Positions 44,133 through 53,825 of a DNA stretch of 64,000 nucleotides are shown here, piece by piece; position 1 is the first letter of the stretch, and every line of letters starts with the position of its first letter. The stretch is from Acidimicrobiales bacterium (GTDB taxonomy: Bacteria; Actinomycetota; Acidimicrobiia; Acidimicrobiales; CADCSY01). The stretch spans positions 4,410-68,409 of the forward strand of contig JAUJNB010000013.1 in the NCBI GenBank assembly GCA_030446545.1. Direction: 5' to 3'. Both the position numbers and the translations under genes were made by a program. The notes under the pieces were generated by a model. It did no database searches, was not told the DNA's origin, and saw only the letters and a list, made by a program, of their open reading frames with translations.

Positions 44133-44932
44133 GCCGGGCTTCCCGCCCCGTCGCCGGGACGCCCGGCGCCGGCTCCCGCAGCGGCTCCCGCACCGGCTCC
44201 CGCGCCAGCTCCGGCTCCGGCTCCCGCGCCCGCGCCGTTGCCCACGGCGTTGATGTAGTTCTCGATGAGGCGCATGTTGGCGTCGCGGTCGAGGTTGGAC
44301 TCGACCACCCGCTCGGCCATCTCGATGGCCAGCACCGCCACCTGGGACTGCAGCTCGGACATGACCCGGTCCTTCTCGGCCGCGATCTGCTCGGCGTTGC
44401 GCCGGCGCTGCTCCTCGGCCTCGGACTCGGCCCGGGCCAGGAGGTCGGCCTTCACCGAATCGGCCGACTGGCGGGCCTCGTCCATGATGCGCCCGGACTC
44501 CTCCTTGGCCTCGGCCAATTGGCGCTGGTAGCCGGCCAGGACGCCCTCGGCCTCGGTACGGACCCGCTCGGCCTCCTCGAGGCTGTCCCGGATCTTGTCA
44601 CTGCGGGCGTCCATCGACTTCTTGAGGGAAGGAAAGGCCATCTTGGCCAACAGCGCGAACAGCACCAGGAAGGAGATGGTCCCCCAGATGAGCTCGTTCG
44701 TCTCGGGCAGGATGGGGTTGGGGGCCTCCTGGCAGTCGTCGATGGAGCCGCCCCCTTCGAGCAGGTGGATGCACTCCTCGGCCGCGTGGTCGATCTCCTC
44801 CGCAGGTGGGGCCGGGGCACCGCCCTCGGCCGGCGGGGCGGGGGCACCCTCCACCGCGGAGGCGACGCCCGTGGCGGCCGACAGGGTGACGAACACCAGG
44901 GCCGCAGCAGCACCGGCTCGGCGGATGCGCAT
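44129..44932 (-). CDS. atpF: ATP synthase b subunit with N-terminal extension and (GA)n tail
   Basis: NPILPETNELIWGTISF TM, coiled coil, AERVV. Confidence 0.92.
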   Translation of the reverse strand: MRIRRAGAAAALVFVTLSAATGVASAVEGAPAPPAEGGAPAPPAEEIDHAAEECIHLLEGGGSIDDCQEAPNPILPETNELIWGTISFLVLFALLAKMAFPSLKKSMDARSDKIRDSLEEAERVRTEAEGVLAGYQRQLAEAKEESGRIMDEARQSADSVKADLLARAESEAEEQRRRNAEQIAAEKDRVMSELQSQVAVLAIEMAERVVESNLDRDANMRLIENYINAVGNGAGAGAGAGAGAGAGAGAAAGAGAGRPGDGAGSPA

Positions 44933-44941
44933 GTCGATCTC

Positions 44942-45214
<273 letters not shown>

Positions 45215-45994
45215 CTAGTGCTCGGGGTGCATGGCACCCGCGATGTAGACAGCGGTCAGGATGGTGAAGATGAAGGCCTGCAGCACGGCCACCAGCACTT
45301 CGAAGCCGGTGAGGCCGACCAACAGGGCGAACGAGAACGGCCAGATGACCAGTCCCGGGCCGGGGGTGAAAAGGGCGGCGGTGATGACGATGAAGCTCAC
45401 CAACAACAGGTGACCAGCCAGCATGTTGGCGAAAAGTCGCACGGAGAGCGAGAGCGGCCGCACGATGAAGGTGGAGACGAACTCGATGGGCGTCACCAGG
45501 ATGTAGAGCGCCTTGGGCACGCCCGGGGGGAAGCAGACCGACTTGAGGTAGCCGAACAGCCCCTGCTTGGCCACCCCCATGATGTTGAAGATGACCCAGA
45601 CCAACACGGCCATGAAGGCCGGAAGGGCGATGCGGGCGTTCACCGGCATCTGGGCTGCCGGGATGATCTCCCAGATGTTGGTGACGAAGATGAAGCAGAA
45701 CATCATCACCAGCAGCGGCATGAACTTGAGGCCCTCGGGCCCCATGGTCTGCATGACCACGCCGTCGCGCACGAAGTCCCAGATCGACTCGGCGAAGTTC
45801 TGGACGCCGGTCGGCACCAACTTCCGCCGACGGGAAGCCACGAAGAACAGCCCGAAGACCAGCGCGGCCGAGACCCACATCAGGATCACGACCTTGTTGA
45901 CGGCGAGCGGGCCGTCGCCACCGAAGATCGACGGCCACTCGGTGACGTGGCTGACCGGAGGGAACTCGAGAGCGAGCGTGGGCATCGCCGGCAT
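45215..45994 (-). CDS. atpB: ATP synthase a subunit
   Basis: PTGVQN, PIEFVS, LSVRLFANMLAGH, LQAFIF. Confidence 0.95.
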   Translation of the reverse strand: MPAMPTLALEFPPVSHVTEWPSIFGGDGPLAVNKVVILMWVSAALVFGLFFVASRRRKLVPTGVQNFAESIWDFVRDGVVMQTMGPEGLKFMPLLVMMFCFIFVTNIWEIIPAAQMPVNARIALPAFMAVLVWVIFNIMGVAKQGLFGYLKSVCFPPGVPKALYILVTPIEFVSTFIVRPLSLSVRLFANMLAGHLLLVSFIVITAALFTPGPGLVIWPFSFALLVGLTGFEVLVAVLQAFIFTILTAVYIAGAMHPEH

Positions 45995-46443
45995 CAACCT
46001 TTCTGGGCTCGGGGCTTGAGGCCGGGAAAGGCCAGGGAGAGCGAGACGTGTTGAGCTTCCCACACGAGCAGGCCCAGGTGGGTAACCACCAGGGTCAGGC
46101 CGAGGGGCAGCAGCTCGACCCAGGCGGCGTGGCGCACGGCCACCACGGCCAGGGTGAGGGCGCCCAGGCGCAGCAGGTAGCCGGCCAGGACCGTGCCCAT
46201 GAGCATGCCCACCGAGATCTTGGCGGCCCAGGCCATGAGGGCGGCGGCCACCAGGAAGTTCGCCACCACGAGGGCGACGGCGTAGGCCGACGACAGCGCG
46301 CCCTCGATCCCCCATCCCAGCCCGCAGGCGGCGATGAGCACGGGGGCGACGGGGACGGCCCGGCGGGCCAGGTCGCGGGCGATCTCGGTCTCGGGGGCGG
46401 GCCCGGCAGGAACCCCCGTGGCCGAGCTGGCCGGGGTGGTCAC
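45994..46443 (-). CDS. atpI: ATP synthase protein I
   Basis: Four TM helices directly upstream of atpB. Confidence 0.8.
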   Translation of the reverse strand: MTTPASSATGVPAGPAPETEIARDLARRAVPVAPVLIAACGLGWGIEGALSSAYAVALVVANFLVAAALMAWAAKISVGMLMGTVLAGYLLRLGALTLAVVAVRHAAWVELLPLGLTLVVTHLGLLVWEAQHVSLSLAFPGLKPRAQKG

Positions 46444-46745
46444 CGGTCCACCAGTTCCTGGCTGGCCGGGCGGGCGGAGCGATCCCCCGACGGGCGACGG
46501 CGCCGGGCGAGGAGCTCGGCTTCGTGGACCTGCATGGCCGCTTCGTAGCCCGACCACATCTTCCACACCTCATAGCCCAGGCAGAAGGCCGAGAACACGA
46601 TGGTGAACACCGGTTGGGTTCCGGCCCAGAGGTCGAGTCGGTAGCCGAGGAACCCGAAGATCAGGGGCGTGACCGTCAGCTCGACCGCTCGAGACCACGC
46701 GTCGCTCGCCCCGTTGTAGATCTTGCTCCGCTCCCGCGGGTCCAC
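46440..46745 (-). CDS. AtpZ/AtpI-family protein
   Basis: FGFLGYRLDLWAGTQPVF motif, first gene of the atp operon. Confidence 0.82.
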   Translation of the reverse strand: MDPRERSKIYNGASDAWSRAVELTVTPLIFGFLGYRLDLWAGTQPVFTIVFSAFCLGYEVWKMWSGYEAAMQVHEAELLARRRRPSGDRSARPASQELVDR

Positions 46746-46778
46746 GTTGGCTCGTCCCCTGACTTGTCCCAGCCGGGC

Positions 46779-46796
46779 TTGTGAAAGTTTGTTCAA
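46779..46796. promoter_or_regulatory. Possible Rex operator upstream of the atp operon
   Basis: TTGTGAA-agtt-TGTTCAA versus consensus TTGTGAA-n4-TTCACAA; only one perfect half-site. Confidence 0.4.
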
Positions 46797-46893
46797 ACTA
46801 AGCCGAGGTTGCGAGCCTCGCAAATCCCTGGCCTAGCGACTCGGACCCTAGTCGCTCAGCCCCGTAAGCGAATCTACGAGGTCCGCCACGGGG

Positions 46894-48135
46894 TCATCGT
46901 GGAGCGGATCGAGCACCGCTCCCCGTCGTACCGGCGCCGGTAGCGGGCTGGTCGACCTCGCCGCTTGGCTCGCCGTTGCCGTCGCAACCGCCGTCGCCGT
47001 CACCGTCACCGTCGAGCTCGAGCGCCAGCTGCTCGATCCCAGAGGCCCGCACCCGGCGGGCCTCGGGGTGAAAGAGGGTGTAGAGGGCCACACCGAGGGC
47101 GGCCACCCCGAAGGGGACCACGGCGTTGCCCTGGTCGGTGTAGGTGGGGTAGAGCACGAAGCCCGACAGCAGCCCGGTCCACACCCAGAGGATGAGCACC
47201 GAGCGGCGCTGTCCGTGACCGAGGCGCATCAGGCGGTGGTGGAGGTGGTCCTTGTCGGCGGTGGCCACGCCGGTGCGCCGGCTGGCCCGACGCACGATGG
47301 CAAAGGCGGTGTCGACGATGGGCACGCCCAAGATGAAGAAGGGGATGAACAGCGGGGCGAAGAAGAAGAAGGTCTGGCCACTGAACCCCTCGTTGGTCTG
47401 GCCCCCCACCAGCAAGGTGGGGGTGGCCATGAGCAACCCGAGCAGCATCGAACCACCGTCGCCCATGAAGATGCGGGCCGGGTGGAAGTTGTGGGGCAGG
47501 AAGCCCAGGCACAGCCCGAGCACGATCATGGCGATCAGCGGGCTGACGCTGTTGTCGGGGAGGAACCCCTCGTCGAACAGGCGGCTGGAGTAGAGAAAAA
47601 AGGCGCCGGCGGCGATGGCCACGATGCCAGCGGCCAGCCCGTCGAGCCCGTCGATGAGGTTGATGGCGTTGGCCATGCCCACCACCCACAACACCGTGAC
47701 CAGCGGGGCCAGGTCGGGCGAGAGCAGCACGATGTCGCCGAAAGGGATGCGGAAGAACAACATGGTGACCCCGAGCAGGGACAGCACGCCGCCGGCCAGG
47801 ACCTGGCCGGCCACCTTGGCCGGGGCCGAGACCTCCCGGAGGTCGTCGACCAGTCCCACCAAGAAGATGATGGTGGCGCCCAGCACCACCCCGAGGGGTT
47901 CAGAGGTGGAGTCGAAGACGCCGTCGAACTGGGGTATGCGCGTGGCCGTGGCCATGGCGGCCAGGAACCCCAGGTACATGGCCACCCCACCCATGGTGGG
48001 GGTGGGACGCAGGTGGATGCGACGCTCGTCGGGGCGCACCACCGCCCCGATGCGCACCGCCAGGCGCCGCACCAGCGGGGTGAGCGCCAGCGTGGTGGCG
48101 AGGGCGACGGCCAGGACGATGAGGTAGCCGCGCAT
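46894..48135 (-). CDS. wecA: MraY/WecA family polyprenyl-phosphate GlcNAc-1-P transferase
   Basis: TPTMGG, GLVDD, NAINLIDGLDGL, FMGDGGS, DKDHLHH. Confidence 0.92.
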   Translation of the reverse strand: MRGYLIVLAVALATTLALTPLVRRLAVRIGAVVRPDERRIHLRPTPTMGGVAMYLGFLAAMATATRIPQFDGVFDSTSEPLGVVLGATIIFLVGLVDDLREVSAPAKVAGQVLAGGVLSLLGVTMLFFRIPFGDIVLLSPDLAPLVTVLWVVGMANAINLIDGLDGLAAGIVAIAAGAFFLYSSRLFDEGFLPDNSVSPLIAMIVLGLCLGFLPHNFHPARIFMGDGGSMLLGLLMATPTLLVGGQTNEGFSGQTFFFFAPLFIPFFILGVPIVDTAFAIVRRASRRTGVATADKDHLHHRLMRLGHGQRRSVLILWVWTGLLSGFVLYPTYTDQGNAVVPFGVAALGVALYTLFHPEARRVRASGIEQLALELDGDGDGDGGCDGNGEPSGEVDQPATGAGTTGSGARSAPR

Positions 48136-48248
48136 GGGAGTCCCAGGTTGTCACGGGGGGCGTGCTGCCCGCTCCTCGGGCTGCCGGCGACGGTGCCCGC
48201 TCGAGCCGGGGACGCGCCCCGGCCGGTGCGGTATGGCGCTCCGAACCC

Positions 48249-49004
48249 TCAGCTGGCGGCGGCGTCCTCGTCAGAGCTCTCGGAGGAGCCGGACATTCCT
48301 GTTTGCGGCTGTTCGAAGCCCCCGGCGACGTGGGCAACGATGTCGGCGAAAGACAGAGAGCCTTGTTCCAGTCGTTGCAGGCTTTCGCACCCGAGGAGCA
48401 CCTGTCTCACCGCATCCTCGATCTGTTGCTTGGCCGAGACGACGAGCTGGGCCACCGTGCGCTCTGCTTCGGCTCGCAGTTCCTGCTCGTGGCGCCTCGC
48501 TGATTCCCTCAGCTCCGTTGCCTCGCGTTCGACGGTCGCCCGAGCCTCCATCGCCGCCTCCAACTCGTGGCGAGCCTCGGTTCTGGTCTGGGCCACCTCC
48601 CTGCGGGCAACAGCCCGCACCTCCGCGGCCTCCTGCTCGGCCTCGGCCCGCAACTCGCTCGCCGCCTCCAGCTCCAGCCGGGCTTCGGCCGCGGCGTGCT
48701 CGGCCTCCTCGCGAGCTGCGGTGCGAATCGACGCCGCTTCCCGCTCGCTGTCGCTCTGCCGTTGCTTGGCGGCCTCAGTTGCGGCGCGCATCACCGACGC
48801 CACGTGGTCCCCGAGATCGGCGAAGGGATCGGACACCGACGGCGATGCCGACGTGCCCCCCTGGCGGGCCAGCGCCAACTCCGCCATGAGCTCGGCGTAC
48901 TGGTCGGCGACGTCCTGCAGGAACGTCTCCACCTCGTGCTTGTCGTAACCGCGCAGGGCAACCAGGAAGTCTTTGCTCTTGATCTCCTCAGGTGAGAGCG
49001 GCAT
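48249..49004 (-). CDS. DivIVA-domain coiled-coil protein (second in window)
   Basis: MPLSPEEIKSKDFLVALRGYDKHEVETFLQDVA plus coiled coil. Confidence 0.88.
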   Translation of the reverse strand: MPLSPEEIKSKDFLVALRGYDKHEVETFLQDVADQYAELMAELALARQGGTSASPSVSDPFADLGDHVASVMRAATEAAKQRQSDSEREAASIRTAAREEAEHAAAEARLELEAASELRAEAEQEAAEVRAVARREVAQTRTEARHELEAAMEARATVEREATELRESARRHEQELRAEAERTVAQLVVSAKQQIEDAVRQVLLGCESLQRLEQGSLSFADIVAHVAGGFEQPQTGMSGSSESSDEDAAAS

Positions 49005-49211
49005 GTCTGGGACTCCTCGTAGAGTGGCAGGTGCGGCAGGCAAGTTACCATCGCCATTGGCTCGACCAGGTGGCCGTCACCTCTCTGGAACCACACAGCG
49101 CCTGGCCGCTTACGGTCACGCGGTGACAGGCTCGAATTTCGTCGCCGCACGGGCATCTCACCCTTACCCGACTGCTGCTAGACCTACAACCATGGCCCAT
49201 CGGTCCGACAG

Positions 49212-50900
49212 GTGGGGCCCCTCCAGGATTGGTCGAGACCGACTGACGGTCTCCATGGCGCTCTCAAAACCCCCGCTCTGACGGTGGGCTCCACCTCGCG
49301 GCAGGTCACTGCAAACTCAATCTCCGGTGCCACGTGGACCACGCTGAGCCGGGTGACGGGTTTCGGCCGAGTTGTCACCATCGCTGCCGTCCTCGGGCCT
49401 ACGTACTTCGGCAACATCTTTCAAGCCACCAACTTGCTCCCGAACCTGACCTATGAGTTTCTGACGGGAGCGCTGTTCTCTTCTCTGCTTGTGCCCAGCC
49501 TGGTGAAGCACATCGACGTCGAAGACCGTGAGGCCGGTGAGCGCGTCGCTGGCGGGTTCCTCGGCGTTACCTTGATCGTATTTTCGGTGGTCACCATCGT
49601 GGCAATCGCTGCAGGCCCGGCACTGCTCCAGCTCCTCTCACTGGGCGTGGAGGACCAAGGAGTCGCTCAGGCTCAACAGCGTGTGGGCTGGGTGCTCATC
49701 GCCATGCTCATGCCACAGGTGATCCTGTACGGGGTCGCGGCAACCGGAGCCGCGGTGATGAACGCCCATGGTCGGTTCGCTCTTGCCGCCGCAGCTCCGG
49801 CACTCGAGAGCATCGGTGTCATCCTCACCATGGCCGCACTCGTGGTGCTGTTCGGCACCGCCCCATCGCTCGAAACGGTACGCACCCCCTACCTGCTGGT
49901 CCTGGGACTGGGCACCACGGGCTCGGTCGGGTTGCACGCGCTCGTCCAGTGGCTCGGCGCACGACGCTGCGGTGTCCGGCTCGTGCCTCGATTCGGCTGG
50001 CGCAATCCCGAGGTCCTCGATGTGCTGCGTCGTGCCGTACCTTCTCTCGGCTTCGCTGGGCTCAACTCGATTCGGGTGTTCGCCGTCCTGGTCGTCGCCA
50101 ACCGAGTGGCGGGGGGCATCGTGGCCTTCCAGTTGGCCCTGAACTTCTTCTATCTGCCGGTAGCGGTGTGGGCCCGACCAGTGTCGCTGGCCATGCTGTC
50201 GCAGCTCTCTCGACTTCGAGATACTCCGAAGATGTTCCACGACGAGCTGGTCAGGGGGGCCACTCTGGCCTTCTTCCTCGTCGTACCGGCCGCGGTGGCA
50301 TTTGCGGTCCTCGCCCTACCTCTGGCGAGGGCGGCCTCGTATGGTGAGATGTCGACGCCGGCCGGTATCGCCCTGGTGGCAGCCTCGCTGGCCGCGCTCG
50401 CCCCCGGGGTCCTCGGAGAGGCAGGATTTGTGATCGCCACCCATGCCTCCTACGCCCGGGGCGACGCTGGGACTCCTCTTCGCTCCATGGTGATACGGAC
50501 AACCATCGCCCTGAGCGGTTCGATCGGAGCCTTCCTTCTCACTGACGGCGTGGTGCTGCTCGTCTTGCTTGGCTTGGCGATCTCGGCGAGCAACCTGACC
50601 AGCGCCGGGGTCCTCGGTCGAGGGTTTCTCCGTGGACAGGACCGAGGCACCGAGCGGTTGCTGGGACCATTCCTGCGCACCCTCGGCGCGTCGGCTCTCA
50701 TGGTGGTTCCCGCCTACGCCATCACCACTCTGCTCCCGCCGTTCCTCGACATCCGATGGGGAGACCTCGTCGCCATGTTCGTGGCCGGGATCGTCGGGGC
50801 AGCCACGTTCATCGCCATCCAGCGAGCATGGCGTTCGCCGGAGCTGGATTCCCTGCTCCGCAGCCGGCCCTCACGCAAGCGCGCAGGCGAGCCCGCGTGA
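49212..50900 (+). CDS. MurJ/MviN-like flippase
   Basis: LSRVTGFGR, NLLPNLTYE, FALAAAAP, many TM helices. Confidence 0.85.
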   Translation: MGPLQDWSRPTDGLHGALKTPALTVGSTSRQVTANSISGATWTTLSRVTGFGRVVTIAAVLGPTYFGNIFQATNLLPNLTYEFLTGALFSSLLVPSLVKHIDVEDREAGERVAGGFLGVTLIVFSVVTIVAIAAGPALLQLLSLGVEDQGVAQAQQRVGWVLIAMLMPQVILYGVAATGAAVMNAHGRFALAAAAPALESIGVILTMAALVVLFGTAPSLETVRTPYLLVLGLGTTGSVGLHALVQWLGARRCGVRLVPRFGWRNPEVLDVLRRAVPSLGFAGLNSIRVFAVLVVANRVAGGIVAFQLALNFFYLPVAVWARPVSLAMLSQLSRLRDTPKMFHDELVRGATLAFFLVVPAAVAFAVLALPLARAASYGEMSTPAGIALVAASLAALAPGVLGEAGFVIATHASYARGDAGTPLRSMVIRTTIALSGSIGAFLLTDGVVLLVLLGLAISASNLTSAGVLGRGFLRGQDRGTERLLGPFLRTLGASALMVVPAYAITTLLPPFLDIRWGDLVAMFVAGIVGAATFIAIQRAWRSPELDSLLRSRPSRKRAGEPA

Positions 50901-52261
50901 GCGATCGCCCCCTCCCGCCGAGGGGACCCCTCTACGTTCACCTTTTGGGACTGGCCACGATGGTCGTCATCGAACCGCTGGTGGGTGCCCGCTACCTGTC
51001 GACCGCACAATGGCTACGGGAGTTCGATGCCTGGTCTCCTGAGCGGCGTCGTTCCTGGCAACGCGAGCGGCTGCGATCGGTTCTGAGTCACGCCGCCGCC
51101 CGGGTTCCCTTCTACCGTCGGCTGGGGGAAGCGGGTTTCGACCCACGCACCAGCCCCCTTCACGAGCTTCCCACCGTCGATAAGGCTCAGATCCGTGACG
51201 ACATGGGACGATTTCTGTCGCAGGGTTGGGAGCGCATGCCTCATCTGGTCAAGGCAACCGGTGGGACGACAGGCGACCCTTGGCGTTACGTCCTCGACAA
51301 GCAGGCTTGGGGCCACATGTACGGGGCCGCCTTGCACTGTCGGGAGCAGGTCGGCTGCCGCTATGGCGAACGAATGGTCGTCCTGGGCTCGCCCCCGTCA
51401 CTGGTCCCAGGGGGGACGTCGTGGAAAGCGACATTACGATCCCAGCTCGAGCGCCGGCTGGTGGCAGCCGCAGGGGTGGAGATCGACCCGGTGGCCAGCC
51501 TCGAGCGTGCCCGCCAAGCCGGGAAGCTGCGGGCCGCTCTGTGGTACGGCTACGCCGGGACGCTGGCCGCGATGGCCGACGCGGTCATCGATGCCGGTGT
51601 GCACATTCCGCCGCCCAAGGCCATCATCAGCACCTCCGAGATGCTGCAGCCTGCCTGGCGGGACCGGATCGAAGAGGCTTTCGCTGCTCCCCTCTTCGAC
51701 GAGTACGGCTGCAACGACGGCGGCGTCCTGGCGCAGACGTGCCGGCGAGGACGCTTTCACGTGGCCGACAGTCTCTCTCTGATCGAGGTGCTGGACGAAG
51801 GCCAGGCCTGCCCCCCTGGGGTCGAAGGCGATGTGGTCGTCACGAACCTCCACGCCCGGGTACTTCCCTTCCTGCGCTACCGGGTGGGTGACCGGGCGGT
51901 AGCCGGGGAGGGGCCGTGCCCGTGCGGACAACCTGGGACCACACTCGAGCGAGTCGCCGGCCGCCAGGGCGACCGTGTTCGTCTTCCCGACGGCGTCGAG
52001 CTGTCGGCGGTCGCCTTCGGCCACGTCTTCAAGCAAACGCCAGGCGTTCGCCGCTGGCAGGTCGTGCAGGAGAACCCCACCCACCTGACCGTGCGAATAG
52101 AGGGAACCGGCGGGTTCGACCCGTCGCAGGAGGAGCTCATTCTCTCGTACTTCCAAGAGCGCTGCGGTGGGGTTCTGGTGAGGATCACGATGTCGGAGAC
52201 GATCGAGCGAAGCCCGGCAGGCAAGCACAAGGTCGTGGTGGTGCGACCGTTTCCCAAGTGA
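50897..52261 (+). CDS. CapK / phenylacetate-CoA ligase-like adenylate-forming enzyme
   Basis: RVPFYR, TGGTTGDP, EYGCND, FLRYRVGD, GRQGD, GKHK. Confidence 0.88.
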   Translation: MSDRPLPPRGPLYVHLLGLATMVVIEPLVGARYLSTAQWLREFDAWSPERRRSWQRERLRSVLSHAAARVPFYRRLGEAGFDPRTSPLHELPTVDKAQIRDDMGRFLSQGWERMPHLVKATGGTTGDPWRYVLDKQAWGHMYGAALHCREQVGCRYGERMVVLGSPPSLVPGGTSWKATLRSQLERRLVAAAGVEIDPVASLERARQAGKLRAALWYGYAGTLAAMADAVIDAGVHIPPPKAIISTSEMLQPAWRDRIEEAFAAPLFDEYGCNDGGVLAQTCRRGRFHVADSLSLIEVLDEGQACPPGVEGDVVVTNLHARVLPFLRYRVGDRAVAGEGPCPCGQPGTTLERVAGRQGDRVRLPDGVELSAVAFGHVFKQTPGVRRWQVVQENPTHLTVRIEGTGGFDPSQEELILSYFQERCGGVLVRITMSETIERSPAGKHKVVVVRPFPK

Positions 52262-52283
52262 CCGGTCGGCGTCGGGTGCCCCA

Positions 52284-53525
52284 ATGAGGCCTGTGGCCGA
52301 CGTCCTGCCAGGAGAGGTCATGGCAATCAACCGAGAACGTCGAGTGCTGATCATCGTGGAGAACCTGCCGCTCGAGCGCGACACCCGGGTCCGCCGAGAG
52401 TGCCTCGCTCTCCTCGAGGCCGGTTACGGAGTGTCCGTCATCTGCCCGAGGGGCACAAGCGACCCGCTGGAAGGAACGCTGGCCCAGGTAAAGCTCCACC
52501 AGTATCGCCCTGCCTCTTCCCGCACCAGCCGCTGGGGCTTTGCCTACGAGTTCTCCTACGCGTGGCTGACGACCTTCGCGCTCACGATGAAGGTATTAGT
52601 CAGCGAGGGATTCGACATCATCCAGGCGTGCAACCCACCCGACACCTACGTCGCCCTGGCGCTGCCCTTCAAGCTGCTGGGCAAGCGCTTCATCTTCGAC
52701 CACCACGATCTCGCCCCTGAGCTCTACGCCATCCGCTTCGGCCGTGAACGAGGCCTGACTATGACCGTACTGAAGCTGTGTGAACGCGCCACCATCAAGT
52801 GGGCTGACCATGTCATCTCCACCAATGAGTCCATCCGAAATGTCGCCATTGGCCGCGGGAAGAAAGAAGCGGGCTCGGTCACGGTGGTCCGCAACGGCCC
52901 CGAGCTCAGCGAGGTGCGCCTCGCACGTCCTCAGCCTCATCTCAAGAGGAAGCGGCGCTTCCTCTGCTGCTGGGTGGGGGTCATCGGTGCGGTCGACGAC
53001 GGCGTTGACCTCGCCCTGCGAGCCATCCATCTCCTCGTCCGGCGCCAGGGTCGCCGGGATTGCCAGTTCACCTTCATCGGCGACGGTGAAGCCTTCGCAC
53101 CGATGCAGGCGCTGGCCGACGAGCTCGACATCGGCGAGTTCGTCACCTTCACCGGTTGGCTGGCCCGAGCCGAAGTGTTCGATCACCTGGCCACTGCCGA
53201 TGTCGGCTTGCAGCCCGACCCGAAGAACCCGAGGACCGATGCCGCCACCGCCATCAAGACCATGGAGTACATGGCCTTCGGCGTGCCGATCGTGGCCTTC
53301 GACGTCCACGAGACACGGGTATCAGCCGAAGGCGCAGCGCTCTACGCTCACCCGAACGACGTTTCTGCCTATGCCGAACTCATCGCCACGCTGCTCGACA
53401 ACCCTGAGCGGCGGGCGGTCATGGGTGAGGTAGGACGTCGGCGCGTCGAACAGGAGCTGGCGTGGAACCACCAGAAGAAGGCCTACCTCGAGGTCTTTCG
53501 CCGCTACCTCGGGGCGCAAGGATAA
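52284..53525 (+). CDS. Glycosyltransferase family 4
   Basis: IIVENLP..DTRV, ACNPPD, FDHHDL, KTMEYMA. Confidence 0.92.
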   Translation: MRPVADVLPGEVMAINRERRVLIIVENLPLERDTRVRRECLALLEAGYGVSVICPRGTSDPLEGTLAQVKLHQYRPASSRTSRWGFAYEFSYAWLTTFALTMKVLVSEGFDIIQACNPPDTYVALALPFKLLGKRFIFDHHDLAPELYAIRFGRERGLTMTVLKLCERATIKWADHVISTNESIRNVAIGRGKKEAGSVTVVRNGPELSEVRLARPQPHLKRKRRFLCCWVGVIGAVDDGVDLALRAIHLLVRRQGRRDCQFTFIGDGEAFAPMQALADELDIGEFVTFTGWLARAEVFDHLATADVGLQPDPKNPRTDAATAIKTMEYMAFGVPIVAFDVHETRVSAEGAALYAHPNDVSAYAELIATLLDNPERRAVMGEVGRRRVEQELAWNHQKKAYLEVFRRYLGAQG

Positions 53526-53769
53526 GACAAGTCGGTTGGGTGCCGAGTCGACGAGAGGCCGCGCGACCGGCGCCTAGGTCAGGTGGTGACGATGTCCTCC
53601 GGATACGAAAGTTCGCCCGGGAGTCTCGGCTGGGGCAGACCGGCCGCGACCCCACCGGCGAGAGGCTCGAGGTGGTCAGATGAACGACAATCGCGGCCAT
53701 GCACCGAGTCTTGACACGAGCGAGGGTCGGCGACCACACGCCGCACAACCAGCGCGGGTGTCACCGGCC

Positions 53770-53797
53770 TAAAGTCGATGGGCCGCCTCTCCGATGC
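53770..53797 (+). promoter_or_regulatory. sigma28-like promoter
   Basis: TAAAG-N15-TCCGATGC upstream of the secreted beta-helix protein. Confidence 0.45.
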
Positions 53798-53825
53798 GTA
53801 ACTAGTCACCAGACGCAGGTGACGG

